Shown piece after piece: positions 12,838 through 24,766 of a stretch of 64,000 bases of DNA. This DNA comes from an uncultured Gemmatimonadaceae bacterium. GTDB taxonomy: Bacteria; Gemmatimonadota; Gemmatimonadetes; Gemmatimonadales; Gemmatimonadaceae. The DNA lies in contig CAVVTZ010000011.1 of the NCBI GenBank assembly GCA_963751275.1, positions 160,001-224,000 of the forward strand, given 5' to 3'. Numbering within the stretch: the first letter of the stretch is position 1; every line of letters starts with the position of its first letter. The notes under the pieces were generated by a model that searched no databases, was not told where the DNA came from, and saw only the letters and a list, made by a program, of their open reading frames with translations. The position numbers were made by a program, and so were the translations under genes.

Positions 12838-13251
12838 ATGCCGCGACCCATTCGCGTCCTGGTCGCCAAGCCCGGCCTCGATGGCCACGACCGGGGCGCC
12901 AAGGTCGTCGCCGCCGCGCTGCGCGATGCCGGGCATGGAGGTCATCTACACCGGCCTGCACCAGACGCCGGAGATGATCGCGAACGCGGCCGTCCAGGAG
13001 GACGTGGACGTGGTGGGCCTCTCGATCCTGAGCGGCGCGCACATGACGCTCTTCCCGCGCGTGCTCGAGCTGCTGCGCAGCGCCGGACGCGACGACATCC
13101 TGGTCACGGGCGGCGGCATCATCCCGCAGGAGGACATTGACGAGCTGCAGCGGCGCGGCATCGGGAAGCTCTTCGGGCCGGCACGAGAACGTCCGACCTC
13201 GCGGACTACATCCGCGAGTGGTTCGCCGAGCGCCAGCGGCAGGACGCGTGA
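12838..13251 (+). CDS. acyl-CoA mutase small cobalamin-binding subunit (frameshifts near 12930 and 13180)
   Basis: [20 protein letters not shown] (DxHxxG), [29 protein letters not shown]. Confidence 0.9.
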
Positions 13252-14862
13252 CCGCTCGGCTCCGCGCGCTCGCCGGCGAGGTCCGCGCGCTCGAGTCCAA
13301 GCTGCGGCAGGGGGGCGGCGTCGAACGGATCGCCCGCCAGCATGCGCAGGGGAAACTCACCGCCCGTGAGCGCGTCGCCGGTCTCTGTGACCCGGGCGCG
13401 CGCTTCATCGAGATCGGGCTGCTCGTCGCCTACGACCAGTACGACGGACAAGCGCCGGGCGCCGGCGTCGTCACCGGCGTCGGGCTCGTGCACGGACGCG
13501 AGGTGGTGGTGGTCGCGAACGATGCGACGGTCAAGGCCGGCTCGTGGTGGCCCGAGACGATCCGCAAGATCCTGCGCGCGCAGGAGATCGCGATGCGCTG
13601 CCGGGTCCCCATTGTGTATCTCGTGGACTCCGCCGGCGTGAACCTGCCATACCAGGGCGGCGTATTCCCGGGGCAGTATGGTGCGAGCCGGATCTTCTAC
13701 TACAACTCGCTCATGCGGCGCTACCTGCACATCCCGCAGTTCGCGGCGGTGATGGGGCAGTGTGTCGCGGGCGGCGCATATCTGCCCGCACTCTCCGATG
13801 TCATTCTCATGGTGGAGGGCAGCTCGTTCATGGGGCTCGGTGGTCCGAACCTTGTGAAGGGCGCCACCGGGCAGGTGGTCGACTCCGAGACGCTCGGCGG
13901 CGCGGTGATGCACACGGAGATCTCCGCCGTCGCGCATTATCGCGAGAAGGATGACGCCACCTGCTTGGCGCGATTGCGCGCGCTGATCGAGCGGCTCCCC
14001 GCGCCGGTGCGCCGCGCGCCGCGCGCATCGCTGCCGCCGGCCGCGGATCCCGAGACGATCTACGACATCCTGCCCGCGGATCACCGCAACTCGTATGACA
14101 TGCGCGCGGTGCTCAAGGCGATCGTGGATGGTGGCGCGCTCGATGAATTCCAGCGCGACAACGCGCGCGAGATCCTCTGCGCGGACGCGACGATCGATGG
14201 CATCGCGGTGGGGATCATTGCGAATGCGCGCGGCCTCGTGAAGTCGCCGCCCGACACGCCCTCGCGCTTCGGCGGGATCATCTACGCCGAGAGCGCGGAG
14301 AAGGTCGCGTACTACATCGACCGTTGCGATCGCCAGGGATTGCCGCTGCTCTTCGTGCAGGATGTATCGGGATTCATGGTGGGCCCGGACGCCGAACGGG
14401 GCGGGATCATCCGCGCGGGCGCGCGGTTCGTCGAGGCGATGGCCACCGCGACCGTACCGAAGATCGTGCTCACGGTGAATCACGCGTCGGGGGCGGGCTA
14501 CTACGCGATGGCGGGGCAGGGCTTCGATCCCGACTTCATCTTCAGCTGGCCCACCGGGCGCATGGGCGTGATGGAGGGCGAATCGGCGGTGCAGGCGGTG
14601 CACGGGCCCGCGCTCGACGAGGCGAAGAAGAAGGGGAAGAAGCCGGGGCCCGAGGTCGAGGCGGCGACGGAATCGATGCGCGCCGACTACGAGCACCAGC
14701 TCGACGCGCGCTACGCCGGCGGCGCGCGGCTACGTCGACGCGATCATCTATCCCGAGGAGACGCGCGACGTGCTCGCGATGGCGTTCCGCACGTCGCTGC
14801 AGAATCCCGGACCGCATCTCGGCGCCTTCGTGCTGCCCGCGCACCTGGGAGAGCGCGCGTGA
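13248..14862 (+). CDS. acyl-CoA carboxylase carboxyltransferase (methylcrotonyl/geranyl-CoA carboxylase beta-like); frameshift near 14720
   Basis: [54 protein letters not shown]-terminus [12 protein letters not shown] lies in a shifted frame ending at TGA 14862. Confidence 0.88.
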
Positions 14863-16223
14863 AGAGCGTCGTGCGCGTCGCGGCGGGGCAGGGCTTCTGG
14901 GGCGACTGGCTCGAGGCGCCGCGCCGCCAGGTCGATGGCGGGCCCATCGACTATCTGATGCTCGATTATCTCGCCGAAGTGACGATGTCGATCCTCCAGA
15001 AGCAGAAGGAGCGCGACCCGGCCGTGGGCTACGCGCGCGATTTCGTCGGCGCGATGGAGAGCATCTACGCGGGCGTCGCGGAGCGCGGCGTGAAGGTGAT
15101 CGCGAACGCGGGCGGCGTGAATCCGGTGGCGTGCGCCGCCGCGGTACGGGAGTCGGCGCGCGCGGCGGGCGTCGCGGGCAGGATCCGGCTCGGCGTCGTC
15201 ACCGGCGACGATCTGCTCCCGCGCCTCGATGAATTGTTCGCCGCCGGCCACCCGCTCAAGAACATGGAGACGGGCGAGCCGCTCTCCACGATCCGCGCGC
15301 GCGTGCTCTCGGCGAACGCGTATCTCGGATCGACGCCCATCGTGGAAGCGCTCGCGAAGGGCGCGAACGTCGTGATCACCGGCCGCTCGACGGACACGGC
15401 GCTCACGATGGCGCCGCTGCGCCACGAGTTCGGCTGGGGCGCGACCGACTGGGACCGTCTCGCCGCGGGCATCGTCGCGGGCCACATCATCGAATGCGGC
15501 GCGCAGAGTTCCGGCGGCAACCGCCTGCGCGACTGGCGCAGCGTGCCCGATCTCGCGAACGTGGGCTATCCGATCGTCGAGGCGTCCGCGGACGGGACCT
15601 TCGTCGTGACGAAGCACGCGGGAACGGGCGGCATCGTGGATGTGCCCGGGATCACGGAGCAGCTCGTGTACGAGATGGGCGATCCGCATTCGTACATCAC
15701 GCCGGATGTCATCGCCGACTTCGCGACGATCCAGCTCGCGCCGGCGGGGAAGGATCGCGTGCGCGTGAGCGGCATCAAGGGACGCCCGGCGACGGAGTTC
15801 CTCAAGGTCTCGATCGCGTACCGCGCCGGCTACAAGGCGGTGGGCACACTCGTGTATGCGTGGCCCGACGCGCTCGAGAAGGCGCAGCTCGCCGGGCGGG
15901 TCCTGCGCGAGCGCCTCGACAACCTGGGTCTCACGTTCGACGAGGTGCGCACCGAGTTCGTTGGCGCGTCGGCGACGCATGGTGCGCTCGCGGGCACGCC
16001 GCCGGACCTGCCCGAGGTCCAGCTGCGCGTCGCGGTGCGCGGCCAAGACCGCAAGATGGTGGAGCGCTTCGGTCGCGAGATCGTGCCGCTCGTCCTGAAC
16101 GGGCCGCCCAGCGTCACCGGATTCGCCGGCGGGCGTCCGAAGACGGAAGATGTCGTGGCGTACTGGCCGGCGCTCATCGACAAGCGCGTCGTCACGCCCG
16201 CCGTGCAGGTGGACGCGCCATGA
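14859..16223 (+). CDS. acyclic terpene utilization AtuA family protein (DUF1446)
   Basis: [69 protein letters not shown] coupling at 14859. Confidence 0.9.
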   Translation: MKSVVRVAAGQGFWGDWLEAPRRQVDGGPIDYLMLDYLAEVTMSILQKQKERDPAVGYARDFVGAMESIYAGVAERGVKVIANAGGVNPVACAAAVRESARAAGVAGRIRLGVVTGDDLLPRLDELFAAGHPLKNMETGEPLSTIRARVLSANAYLGSTPIVEALAKGANVVITGRSTDTALTMAPLRHEFGWGATDWDRLAAGIVAGHIIECGAQSSGGNRLRDWRSVPDLANVGYPIVEASADGTFVVTKHAGTGGIVDVPGITEQLVYEMGDPHSYITPDVIADFATIQLAPAGKDRVRVSGIKGRPATEFLKVSIAYRAGYKAVGTLVYAWPDALEKAQLAGRVLRERLDNLGLTFDEVRTEFVGASATHGALAGTPPDLPEVQLRVAVRGQDRKMVERFGREIVPLVLNGPPSVTGFAGGRPKTEDVVAYWPALIDKRVVTPAVQVDAP

Positions 16224-16576
16224 GGGTGCGCCTGCTCGACATCGCGCACGCGCGCTCGGGCGACAAGGGCGACACGGCCAACGTCGGCGTCATCGCGCTG
16301 CGCGCGGAGTGGTACCCGGTGCTGGTGGAGCACGTGACCGCCGAGCGCGTCGCGAAGCATTATGGCGCCGAGATCACGGGGCCGGTGAACCGGTTCGAAC
16401 TGCCCAATCTCACAGCGCTGAACTTCCTCCTCCATGGCGCGCTCGGCGGCGGCGGCACGGTGTCGCTCAAGACGGATGCGCAGGGGAAGGTCTTCTCCAC
16501 GTCGCTGCTGCGTCTCGTGATCGATGTGCCCGACGCCGTCGCGAAGCAGCTCGCGCTCCCCGAGGCGCCGCGATGA
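16220..16576 (+). CDS. AtuA-related small (C-terminal domain) protein
   Basis: [19 protein letters not shown] ... [16 protein letters not shown] motifs. Confidence 0.88.
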   Translation: MRVRLLDIAHARSGDKGDTANVGVIALRAEWYPVLVEHVTAERVAKHYGAEITGPVNRFELPNLTALNFLLHGALGGGGTVSLKTDAQGKVFSTSLLRLVIDVPDAVAKQLALPEAPR

Positions 16577-17343
16577 GCCGCGTCCGCGCCGCGACCGCCG
16601 CGGGCATCGCGCGGATCACGCTCGCGCGCGCCGACAAGCGCAATGCGCTCGATCAGGCGATGGTGCAGGCGCTGCTCGACGCGGTGCGCGCCGCCGGCGC
16701 CGACGCCTCGGCGCGCGTGGTGCTGATCGATGCGGAGGGCCCCGACTTCTGCGCCGGCGCGGACCTCGAGGCGTTGGCGGCGATGCTCGACGCCGCGCCG
16801 GATCTCCAGCGCAAAGATGCCGATCTGCTCGGCGAGCTCTTCATCGCCATACGGGCGCTCCCGAAGCCGGTGGTGGCCGCGGTGCGCGGCCGCGCGCTGG
16901 CGGGCGGCGCCGGACTCGCGACCGCCTGCGACATCGTGCTCGTGCACGAAGAGTCGCGTCTCGGTTATCCCGAGGTGAAGGTCGGCTTCGTGCCTGCGAT
17001 GGTGATGACGATGCTCCGCCGCACGGTGGGTGAGAAGCCGGCGTTCGAGCTCGTCGCCACGGGACGCCAGGTGGACGCGCGCGAGGCGCTGTCGCTCGGA
17101 CTGGTCAGCCGGGTGCTGCCGGCCGCCACCTTCGACGCCGACGTGGACAAGTTCGCCGCTTCGCTGGCGGCGACGCCGCCCGCTGCGCTGCGTCTCACGA
17201 AGAAACTGTTCTATGCGCTCGACACGCGCGGATTCGAGGCCGGGATCTCCCTCGGCGCGCAGACGAACGTCGAGTCGCGCGGGACCTCCGATTTCCGCGA
17301 GGGCGTCGTGAAGTTCGCGCGCGGCGGCAAGGAGGGCGCGTGA
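16573..17343 (+). CDS. enoyl-CoA hydratase/isomerase (methylglutaconyl-CoA hydratase-like)
   Basis: DKRNALD, FCAGADL, ALAGGAGLATACD, GYPEVKVGFVPA. Confidence 0.88.
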   Translation: MSRVRAATAAGIARITLARADKRNALDQAMVQALLDAVRAAGADASARVVLIDAEGPDFCAGADLEALAAMLDAAPDLQRKDADLLGELFIAIRALPKPVVAAVRGRALAGGAGLATACDIVLVHEESRLGYPEVKVGFVPAMVMTMLRRTVGEKPAFELVATGRQVDAREALSLGLVSRVLPAATFDADVDKFAASLAATPPAALRLTKKLFYALDTRGFEAGISLGAQTNVESRGTSDFREGVVKFARGGKEGA

Positions 17344-17513
17344 AGCCGCTCGACGCCGTGAAGGTGACGCTGCTGCTCGTCGCGCTCGCGGTGTGGTTCG
17401 TCGGCATGAAGACGGATTCGCCCCGCGTGATGTACGCGGCCATCGGGATCATGGTGGTCGCGTTCCTCTTGCGCTTCGTGAAACCGCGCCCGCCCGTGGG
17501 AACGCTCACGTGA
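17340..17513 (+). CDS. small 57-aa two-TM membrane protein
   Basis: MKPLDAVKVTLLLVALAVWFVGMKTDSPRVMYAAIGIMVVAFLLRFVKPRPPVGTLT; GTGA overlaps at both ends, GGAGG upstream; below ORF-track cutoff. Confidence 0.75.
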   Translation: MKPLDAVKVTLLLVALAVWFVGMKTDSPRVMYAAIGIMVVAFLLRFVKPRPPVGTLT

Positions 17514-19996
17514 GCACGCTCCGGGTGCCCGAGCTCCTCGCGCCCGCCGGCTCGCTCGACGCCGTGCGCGCCGCCGTCGCCAACGGCGCCGACGCCGTGT
17601 ATCTCGGCGCCGAGAAGTTCAACGCGCGCGACGAAGGCGCTCAGCTCACGCTCGACGAGGTGGCGGCGGCATGCCGGATGGCGCACGAACGGTCGGCGAA
17701 GATCTACCTGACGCTGAACACGCTGCTGAAGCCAGCGGAGCTCGAGGATGCGCTCGAATTGCTCGGCGAGTGCATCGACCGCGGCATCGACGCGGCCCTC
17801 GTGCAGGACGTGGGCGCGGTGCGACTGATCCAGGCGGTCTTCCCGGGATTCCCGATCCACGGCTCCACGCAGATGACCGTGCACGACGCGAGCGGCGCGC
17901 GCCTGGCGCAGCGGCTGGGGATCCAGCGCGTGGTGCTCGCCCGCGAGAACACGCTCGACGACGTGCGCGCGATCCACACGGCGGTGCCCGATCTCGAACT
18001 CGAGACCTTCGTGCACGGCGCGCTCTGCATCGCATATTCGGGACAGTGCCTGATGTCCGGGATGATCAGCGAACGCAGCGCGAACCGCGGCTCGTGCGCA
18101 CAATCATGCCGCAAGGGCTATGCGCTGAAGGACGCGCGCACCGGCGACATGCTCGACGAGGGATTCCTGATCTCGGCGAAGGATCTCGGCGCCACGGAGC
18201 ATCTCGCGGAGCTCGCCGAGATCGGCATCAGCACGCTCAAGATCGAAGGGCGCAAGAAGAAGCCCGAATATGTCGCGACCGTCACGCGCAGCTATCGCGA
18301 ACTGCTCGGGAAGGTGTCGCGCGGTGAGCAGGTGCTGCCGCCGGCGAACGAGCACTCTGACCTCGTCCAGATCTTCAGCCGCGGCTTCACCGGCGGCATG
18401 TTCGGCGGCCGCGCCGGGCGCGACTACATCACGCGCCTGCAGCCGGACAACCACGGTGTGCTGCTGGGCACCGTGACGTCGGTGGGCGACGGCGAGGTCA
18501 CCGTCGAGGTCTCGTCGCCGATCGCGCCGGGCGACGGGCTCGGCTTCGAACCGCCGCCTGGCACCGGCGGCCGGTCGGTGGGCTTCTCGGTCGCGCGCGT
18601 GCGCAATCTCTCCTTCGTGAAGGGGATCACGCGCCAGGTGATCCCGGCGCGCGAGCGCGTGCCGGCGGGGTGGAAGGTGTACCGCACGTCGCAGCCTTCG
18701 CTGAACGAGCGGGCGCGCGCGAGCTTCGCGAACGTCGCGGCGCCACCGGCCGCGCATGCCGTTCGGTTGGATGTGCGCGCCATCGGCGGCGCGGGCGCGC
18801 CACTCACGCTCCTCTTCACGGCCGGCAACGATGCGGTGAAGCTGCAGAGCACCGTCACACTCGCACCCGCATCCAAGCGCGCGCTGGACCAGGCGCAGCT
18901 CCGAGAACAGCTCGGCCGCCTCGGCGGCACGGCCTTCGTGCTCGGCGCCGTGGATGACTCGGCGCTCGCGCCGGGGATGTTCCTGCCGGTGTCCGAGCTG
19001 AACGAGCTGCGCCAGCGCGCCGTCGCACAGCTCGGCGAATCGCGCGCCGGCGCGTCGGAGATCCACGCCGCGGCCCGCCGCGTTCGCATCGCGGCCGCCG
19101 TGGCGGCGCTGGACACCGCGCCACGCGCGCCGGCCGCGCCGTTCATGCTGGCGGCGGATGTCTACAACACCGACGATGCGCGCACGGCCGCCGATGCCGG
19201 CGCCACGGAGATCGCGCTCGATCCCTTCCTTCGCCATCCGATGCCGCCGGTGTCGCGCGTGCGCACGCTCGCGGAGGAGCTGAAGGGGCGCGGGATCGCC
19301 TTCCGGCTGCGCACGCCGACCATCGTGCGCCCCGACGACCGCGGCGCCATCGAGAAATGGCTCGAACTCGACGTCCCGTTCCTCTCGGGGCACGCCGGCC
19401 TCGTCGCCGAGATGGCGGCGGAAGGGAAGGACGTCGTCGCGGATTACGCGCTGAACGTCTTCAACCAACACACGGCTGCCGAGTATTTCAGGCTCGGCGC
19501 GCGGCGGCTCGTGCTCTCGGTGGAGCTCACCCTCGACGAGATCGCCGCGGTCACCGCGCCGTGGGCCGGCGCCGGTTTCGATGTGCTCGCCTATGGCCGC
19601 CCCGAGGGAATGACCATCGAGCATTGTGTGCTCTCGGCCGCCTTCGACCGGGTGGTCACCACGTGCCGCGACCTGTGCGTGCAGAAGCATCCCGAGGTCG
19701 AGCTGACCGATCCGGCCGGGTACACCTTCCCGGTCGCCACCGACGGGCAGTGCCGCAACCGGCTGCTCCATTCGCGCCCGATCGAGGCGTCGGAATTCCT
19801 GCCGCGGCTCTGGCGCACGGGGATCCGCGGTTACCGTTTGCTGTTCAACGTGCCGCGCGACCCGGTGGCCGACACGGTGAAGCGCTGGCGCACTGCGCTC
19901 GACGAACTCGCGCGGGGCGAGGCGCCCGAGACGGCGCCGATCCGCGCGCTCGTGGGCGGCGAGTTCACGCGGGGGCATTATGTGCGCGCCGTCTAA
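17510..19996 (+). CDS. U32-family Fe-S protein, RlhA-like (23S rRNA C2501 hydroxylase)
   Basis: PELLAPAG, GADAVYLG, ETFVHGALCIAYSGQC, RSANRGSCAQSCR, KIEGRKK; long central region and a second Cys-containing U32-like C-terminal domain. Confidence 0.8.
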   Translation: MSTLRVPELLAPAGSLDAVRAAVANGADAVYLGAEKFNARDEGAQLTLDEVAAACRMAHERSAKIYLTLNTLLKPAELEDALELLGECIDRGIDAALVQDVGAVRLIQAVFPGFPIHGSTQMTVHDASGARLAQRLGIQRVVLARENTLDDVRAIHTAVPDLELETFVHGALCIAYSGQCLMSGMISERSANRGSCAQSCRKGYALKDARTGDMLDEGFLISAKDLGATEHLAELAEIGISTLKIEGRKKKPEYVATVTRSYRELLGKVSRGEQVLPPANEHSDLVQIFSRGFTGGMFGGRAGRDYITRLQPDNHGVLLGTVTSVGDGEVTVEVSSPIAPGDGLGFEPPPGTGGRSVGFSVARVRNLSFVKGITRQVIPARERVPAGWKVYRTSQPSLNERARASFANVAAPPAAHAVRLDVRAIGGAGAPLTLLFTAGNDAVKLQSTVTLAPASKRALDQAQLREQLGRLGGTAFVLGAVDDSALAPGMFLPVSELNELRQRAVAQLGESRAGASEIHAAARRVRIAAAVAALDTAPRAPAAPFMLAADVYNTDDARTAADAGATEIALDPFLRHPMPPVSRVRTLAEELKGRGIAFRLRTPTIVRPDDRGAIEKWLELDVPFLSGHAGLVAEMAAEGKDVVADYALNVFNQHTAAEYFRLGARRLVLSVELTLDEIAAVTAPWAGAGFDVLAYGRPEGMTIEHCVLSAAFDRVVTTCRDLCVQKHPEVELTDPAGYTFPVATDGQCRNRLLHSRPIEASEFLPRLWRTGIRGYRLLFNVPRDPVADTVKRWRTALDELARGEAPETAPIRALVGGEFTRGHYVRAV

Positions 19997-20050
19997 CGTG
20001 CCGGCGCCGCGCATTTCGATGCTGCGCCGCGCGCCGCGCCGGTGCAGCGT

Positions 20051-22151
20051 ATGCCGATGAGCACCGTTCCGCCCACGCTCGACGACGTTCGCCAGCTCCT
20101 GCACGACCGGCTCGGCTTCGCCGGCTTCCGGCCGGGACAGGAGCGTGCGATCACGTCGGTGCTGGCCGGGAGGGACACGCTGGTCGTGTTGCCCACCGGC
20201 GGCGGGAAGTCGTTGTGCTTCCAGGCGCCGGCGCTGTTGCTGCCGAAGCTCACGGTGGTCGTGTCGCCGCTGATCTCGCTCATGAAGGACCAGGTGGATG
20301 CGCTCACCGCGCGCGGACTCCCGGCGGCGTTCCTGAATTCCACGCTCTCGAGCGGCGAGATCAGCGACCGGCTCGCGCGCGCCGAGCGCGGCGAACTCAA
20401 GCTCCTCTACGTCGCCCCGGAGCGCTTCGATCTCGGCCGCGCCCTCGACCGCATCGCGGCGATCGGCGTGTCGCTGCTCGCCGTGGATGAAGCGCACTGC
20501 ATCTCCGAATGGGGGCACGACTTCCGCCCCAGCTACCTTCGCGTGCGCCAGGTGCGCGAGCGGCTCGGGCTGCCGCCGACGATCGCGCTCACCGCGACCG
20601 CCACACCCGAAGTGCGCAAGGACATCATCCGCCAGTTGGGCCTCAAGGATCCCGAGATCATCGTCACCGGCTTCGACCGCGCGAATCTCGGCTATCACGT
20701 GATCCGCACGCGCACCGAGGCGGACAAGGACGGCGCGCTGGTGCGCGCGCTCAAGGAATTCCCGGGGCAGGCGATCGTGTACGCCTCCACGCGCCGCGCC
20801 GTGGAGAAGATCACCGAGGTGCTCGAGCACGCGAAGATCCGCGCGCTCGCGTATCACGCGGGCCTCGACGACGACCACCGCCACAGCGTGCAGGACGCGT
20901 TCATGAACGAGGAGGTGCGCGCGATCGTCGCCACGAACGCGTTCGGCATGGGGATCGACAAGTCGAACATCCGGCTCGTGATCCATCATGCGATGCCCGG
21001 CACGCTCGAGGCGTACTACCAGGAGGCCGGCCGCGCGGGGCGCGACGGGCTGCCCAGCGAATGCGTGATGCTGCACGCCTTCCGCGACCGCTTCACGCAC
21101 GAGTTCTTCATCAAGAGCGCCTACCCCGAGCGCGACGTGGTCGAGAAGGTCTACGCCGCGATCATCCGGGCCACCGATGAGAGCGGCATGGCGCGCATCG
21201 CGCCCGCCGACCTCGCCTCGCGCGCCGGCGGCAAGGTCAAGGAGCGCGAAGCGGAGTCGGCGCTGCGCATCCTGATCGATGCCGGCGCCGTCTCCGCCGA
21301 GAACGGCAGCGCGCAGCGGCTCACGGTTCGCCTGCTCGCGGCGCCGGAGCGCATCCGTGCCGAGCTCGGTCCCGGCCACGAAGCGGAGCTCGAGCTGCTG
21401 CGCGCGCTCTGGCGCGCCGTGGGCTCGCGCCTCGAGACCGGCGCGGTGATCGATCCCGACGGTCTCCCTCCCGGCTTCGGCGGCGCGATGGGCGTGCCCA
21501 CGCTCCTCGCGGCGCTCGAGTCGCGGCAATTCCTCGTGTGGGAGCGCACCGGCGTCGGCCTGCGCGCCACCGATCCGCGCGCGCCGCTCGCCAAGTACAA
21601 GGTGGATTGGGACGCGATCGCGCGACGCCGAAAGGCCGAGACCGCCAAGCTCGACGCGGTGCAGAAGTACGCCTACACCGAGAAGTGCCGGCGCGGTTTC
21701 CTCCTCCGCTATTTCGGCGATCCCGCGGCGCGCGACCGCTGCACGGGCTGCGACATCTGTCTCGGCACGCATTGCAAGGACACGGAGACCGAGGTCGCGC
21801 GGCCGTATGCGCACGAGCCCGGCACACCGCGCAAGCCGCGGCCTGCGCGCGCCGAAGCGCGGGGCTCGCGAGCGGTTCGTCGCGCCGCCGTCCGATGATC
21901 CGGATCTCTCCGCCGCGGACCCCGTGCTCGTCGGCGCGCTCAGGCGGCTGCGTCTCACGATCGCCAAGTCGGAACATGTCCCGGCGTACGTCGTATTCCC
22001 TGATAGGACGCTCGTCGAGATCGCGGTGCGCCGGCCGCGTTCCCTCGACGCGCTCGGCGCGGTGCACGGCGTGGGCCCCGCCCGCCTGGAGAAATACGGC
22101 GAGCGCCTGCTCGCCGTCCTGCGCGAAGACAACGGCACCGAGGCCGCCTGA
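20051..22151 (+). CDS. recQ: ATP-dependent DNA helicase RecQ family with HRDC (frameshift near 21860)
   Basis: LPTGGGKSLCFQ, VDEAHCISEWGHDFRP, ATNAFGMGIDK, YYQEAGRAGRDG, Zn CRR..C..CD; HRDC PAYVVFPDRTL in a shifted frame. Confidence 0.9.
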
Positions 22152-22153
22152 CG

Positions 22154-23372
22154 ATGACCCGCTCTCCGTTCCTGACCGAGCACCATGACGCCGTGCGCGC
22201 AGCGGTGCGCGAATTCGCGGAGGCCGAGATCCGGCCGATCGCCGCGAAGGCCGACGCCGAAGCGAAGTTCCCCTGGGAGACGGTGAAGCGCATGGCCGAG
22301 CAGGGCTTCCTTGGCGTGCCCTGGGACGAAGAACTCGGCGGCGCCGGCCTCGACTATCTCAGCTACATGATCACGATCGAGGAGATGGCGCGGGTGGACG
22401 CCTCGCACGCGATCACGATCTCGGCGCACACCACGCTCGGCACGTCGCCCATCGTGCGTTTCGGCACCGACGCGCAGCGCAAGCAATACGTGCCGCTGCT
22501 CGCCAGCGGGAAAGTGATCGGCGGCTTCGGTCTCACCGAGGAGACCGCCGGCAGCGACGCCGGCGGCACGCGCACCACGGCCGTGCGCAAAGGCGACCGC
22601 TACGTGCTCAACGGCGCGAAGCGGTTCATCACGCACGGCGGCGTCGGCGAGATCTTCGTGGTCACCGCGGTGACGGACAAGTCGAAGCACGCGCGCGGGA
22701 TCTCGTCGTTCATCCTCACCAAACACACCAGCGAGCCGGAGCGCGCGCGGGCCGCCGGCATCGGTCACGATGATTCGATCGTCGCGATGAAGGGTTTCAC
22801 GTCGGGGCGCAAAGAGGACAAGCTCGGCTGGCGCGCGTCCGACACCTGCGAGCTCATCCTGCAGGACGTCGAGGTGCCCGCCGAGAATCTTCTCGGCGCC
22901 GGAGGGGGAGGGCTTCGTCAACTTCATGAAGACCCTCGACTCCGGGCGCGTCGGCATCGCCGCATTGTCGCTCGGCCTGGCCGAGGGCGCGCTCGAGCTG
23001 TCGGTGAACTACGCGCTCCAGCGGAAACAGTTCGGCAAGCCGATCTCCGAGTTCCAGGCGATCCAGTTCCAGCTCGCCGATCTCGCCACCGAGATCGAGG
23101 CCGGCCGTCACCTCCTGTACAACGCGGCCTGGCTCGCCCAACAGGGACAGCCATATGGTCCGCAGGCGGCGATGGCCAAGCTCTTCTGTTCCGAGCTCGC
23201 GATGCGCGCGACGCATCGCGCGGTGCAGGTGCACGGCGGCTACGGCTATACCCGCGACTTCCCGGTGGAGCGCATGATGCGCGACGCCAAGATCTGTGAG
23301 ATCGGGGAAGGGACGTCCGAGATCCAGCGGATCGTCATCGCCCGGAACCTGCTCAAACAGGCGTCCGACTAG
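22154..23372 (+). CDS. acyl-CoA dehydrogenase (frameshift near 22900)
   Basis: [57 protein letters not shown]. Confidence 0.92.
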
Positions 23373-23442
23373 CGCAGGGGACGATCGACCGATCGAGCCG
23401 GTCGACCGACCCCGTAGCACCAGGCACCGAACGGGCTCGGCC

Positions 23443-24606
23443 CTAGTTCCGCGCCAGCAGCCAAGGCGGCACGTCGATCGAACCGATCACGCCGGCATGG
23501 TCGGACGGCCAGAGGCCGCCGGCCGTCCGGTCCGATGGCCGCGCGCCGACGATCTCCTCATCGAACAGCCCGTGCATGCGGCCCAACACTCGCCGGCCGG
23601 CGCTCCCATCGCGCACCAGCACGAAGTCGATCCGCTGGTCGAGCTGTGAGGGCCCCTTCAAACTCGGATCCTGGCAGCAGGTGACGCCGGTCGCGCCGCG
23701 CGGCTGATTGGACGCGATCCACACATCCGTGAATCCGGCGTTCAGGAGATTCCCGTAGGTGGCCGTCCACGTCGGCGTGCCCTGTTTCGCCGCCGCATTG
23801 GAATTGAGATCACCGGCGAGGATGGTGACGCCGTCCAGCCCCGCGAGGACCGCCTGGAGTTCGATCGCCTGCGCGTCCTGCACCGACGTGGCCGGCGGGG
23901 TCTCGAGATGCGTCGTGATGAACTGGTAGGGCGTGCCGTCGCGGTCGATCGTCAACCGTGCCCAGCCGCGCACGAGCGTCACCGGACCGAGGCTGAGCCG
24001 GGCGTTGAACTGTGCGTGCGCGCTGTCCAGCACCTTCACGTCGTTCCGCCGGATGATCACGTCCCGGTCCGTGAAGTTGAGCCACTGCGAGATGCCGCCC
24101 GTGTGCGGATCGAATGCCAACGGCAGTGTGGAGGACGTCTCTTCCTGCACGAGCGCCACCTGGTACGGCATGCCGCGCCGCGTGATCTCGGCCTGCACCG
24201 ACGCGAGGAGATCGGCGCCGCCGATCGGATGGAACGAACCATCCAGCACCACGAAGCGCAGCGCCTCCTGGAACGAGACGACGTCCGGACGGGCCGCGTC
24301 GATCTGGTCCACGAACTTCGCGGCGCGCGCCGGGATATTGCTCGCCTGCACGTCGTTCCAGAACTTGCCGGTCGCCGCGAGCACGGCGCCGATGTCGGTG
24401 AAGTCCAGCGTGAAGAGCGGACCGGTATCGCCTCCCAGGTACATGTTCTGCGTGTAGATCTTGAAGTCGTGCCGGCGCATGCCGACGCGACTCGCCTCGA
24501 CGCCGGGCGCGACGGGCGCTGTCGCGTCGTTCTCGCACGCGGTCGCGGCGAGTGCCATGAGGGCCAGCGCAGCGAGCGCGCGCGTGGCAGCTGGTGATGC
24601 GGTCAT
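23443..24606 (-). CDS. endonuclease/exonuclease/phosphatase-family lipoprotein
   Basis: Lipobox-like ATAC after a hydrophobic signal; TQNMYLG, SFQEA, TTHLE, AGDLNS, RIDFVL, PSDHAGV; GGAGGG RBS. Confidence 0.85.
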   Translation of the reverse strand: MTASPAATRALAALALMALAATACENDATAPVAPGVEASRVGMRRHDFKIYTQNMYLGGDTGPLFTLDFTDIGAVLAATGKFWNDVQASNIPARAAKFVDQIDAARPDVVSFQEALRFVVLDGSFHPIGGADLLASVQAEITRRGMPYQVALVQEETSSTLPLAFDPHTGGISQWLNFTDRDVIIRRNDVKVLDSAHAQFNARLSLGPVTLVRGWARLTIDRDGTPYQFITTHLETPPATSVQDAQAIELQAVLAGLDGVTILAGDLNSNAAAKQGTPTWTATYGNLLNAGFTDVWIASNQPRGATGVTCCQDPSLKGPSQLDQRIDFVLVRDGSAGRRVLGRMHGLFDEEIVGARPSDRTAGGLWPSDHAGVIGSIDVPPWLLARN

Positions 24607-24766
24607 CGGTCCCTCCGTGTCGCAGGTTGCCGCCTGGCCGGTTGCCGGCGGGTGCATCGACGCGGACAACCTGGAGGGAGCGCATCAACCGAATCTCAAT
24701 CGACGGGGCGCCGGGGGAGGGAACTGCTGTCGTGGGAGCCACCTAGCCCGCGTCTCCGTCACCCCC

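Noticed and set aside
13137..16223. 1028-aa carboxyltransferase-AtuA fusion in the ORF track
   Set aside because: The true carboxyltransferase C-terminus ([12 protein letters not shown]) is in another frame ending TGA 14862, overlapping a GTG start; an indel near 14720 creates the apparent fusion
18104..22957. 1617-aa minus-strand ORF and other long antisense ORFs
   Set aside because: Shadow frames of real high-GC genes; Arg/Ala/Gly-rich with no motifs
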